NCBI GenBank assembly: GCA_964016885.1 | Contig: OZ024743.1 | Location: forward strand, 350,672,001-350,736,000 | DNA length: 64,000 bases | Source of the DNA: Eledone cirrhosa | Taxonomy: Eukaryota | Reading direction: 5' to 3' | Part shown: positions 63,487 through 64,000 of the stretch, piece by piece | How positions within the stretch are numbered: the stretch's first letter is position 1 | Layout: each line of letters begins with the position of its first letter | The notes under the pieces: model-generated | Told to the model about the DNA's origin: nothing | Databases searched by the model: none | Seen by the model: the letters and a program-made list of their open reading frames with translations, nothing else | Made by a program: the position numbers and the translations under genes

Positions 63487-64000
63487 TTACCGTACTTTTG
63501 GTAGAGGAGGGATGGTTTTTACATCCCTTTTCACTTGATCGTCTGGTGAAGGGACCGTTGAATCGTCCCTTCGGCTGGTCGTCGGCTCTTCTAAGAGAAT
63601 GTCTGAGTATACTCTTCGATTGATGGTTCCTCCTAGGTCCCTGAAATCACCAACTGCGTTGGGGAATTTCGTTTTAATATTTGTGTATTGTTTCTGTGCT
63701 ATTTTTAGCAGTCTTATGTTAGTTGGCGTTTTGATTGGTGCTGGTATTATGTAGTCCTGTTGTGAAATGTCTGTGTGTTCAATTATGTAAGTCATTAGTT
63801 TCTTGTTGTGTGTATTTATTGCCGTGCATTTGTTTTTCTGGGGGTGGGGTGTGGTTCTGCTATTTTCTTGTCGTTGTTGCTGGGTGTGTGTGTTTTGTTG
63901 TTGTGTTTGCGATGTTGGTGCTTGTGGTGGTGGTGTTGAAGGTGTTGTTGGCGGTGGGGTTGTCGCCGGTGGTGATGGTGGCGCTAGTGTGGGTGGTGAT
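63487..64000 (-). CDS. Unit 4 ORF1 type B, C-terminal part (start lies outside the window)
   Basis: Nearly identical to the 3' end of unit 3 ORF1. Confidence 0.85.
   Translation of the reverse strand, partial: SPPTLAPPSPPATTPPPTTPSTPPPQAPTSQTQQQNTHTQQQRQENSRTTPHPQKNKCTAINTHNKKLMTYIIEHTDISQQDYIIPAPIKTPTNIRLLKIAQKQYTNIKTKFPNAVGDFRDLGGTINRRVYSDILLEEPTTSRRDDSTVPSPDDQVKRDVKTIPPLPKVR

Larger units (their letters stand above)
59740..64000 (-). mobile_element. Tx1/L1-clade LINE unit 4 (type B), continues beyond the window
   Basis: (ATT)10 tail, intact ORF2, 3' part of ORF1-B. Confidence 0.93.

Noticed and set aside
42003-63623. Many plus-strand and alternative-frame ORFs inside the LINE units
   Set aside because: Shadow ORFs of GC-rich or low-complexity coding sequence. 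They recur only because the units are repeated.
53682-64000. Units 3 and 4 as a pure assembly duplication
   Set aside because: They differ in tail length, a 26-bp deletion and scattered substitutions. Haplotype stacking still needs reads to exclude.
41771-64000. Direct evidence of a telomere
   Set aside because: No TTAGGG arrays at any junction or elsewhere in the window, so a telomeric role remains a hypothesis.

Overview
Eukaryotic, AT-rich, repeat-dense animal DNA. The SINE and RTE repeats resemble those I recall from octopus genomes, which is an inference only. Bases 1-41,770 are mostly decayed retroelements (RTE, R4-like, CRE-like, Penelope, tRNA-derived SINEs), TTAA-flanked MITEs, a DD37D/maT transposon and microsatellites. 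They also hold one intact, intronless DPM1 gene and probable 3' exons of an unidentified minus-strand gene. From 41,771 to the window end is a head-to-tail array of at least four ~6-kb Tx1/L1-clade LINEs on the minus strand; the three copies fully inside the window are full length. Each copy is joined directly to the next through its (ATT)n tail, with no target-site duplication. The array starts inside the Pol III A-box of a SINE and carries two very different 5'UTR/ORF1 modules on a near-identical ORF2. Its only intact ORF2 is in the most upstream (rightmost) copy. Other candidates are a spacer-less 344-bp palindrome with a hammerhead ribozyme on each strand and several structured RNA elements supported by covariation.
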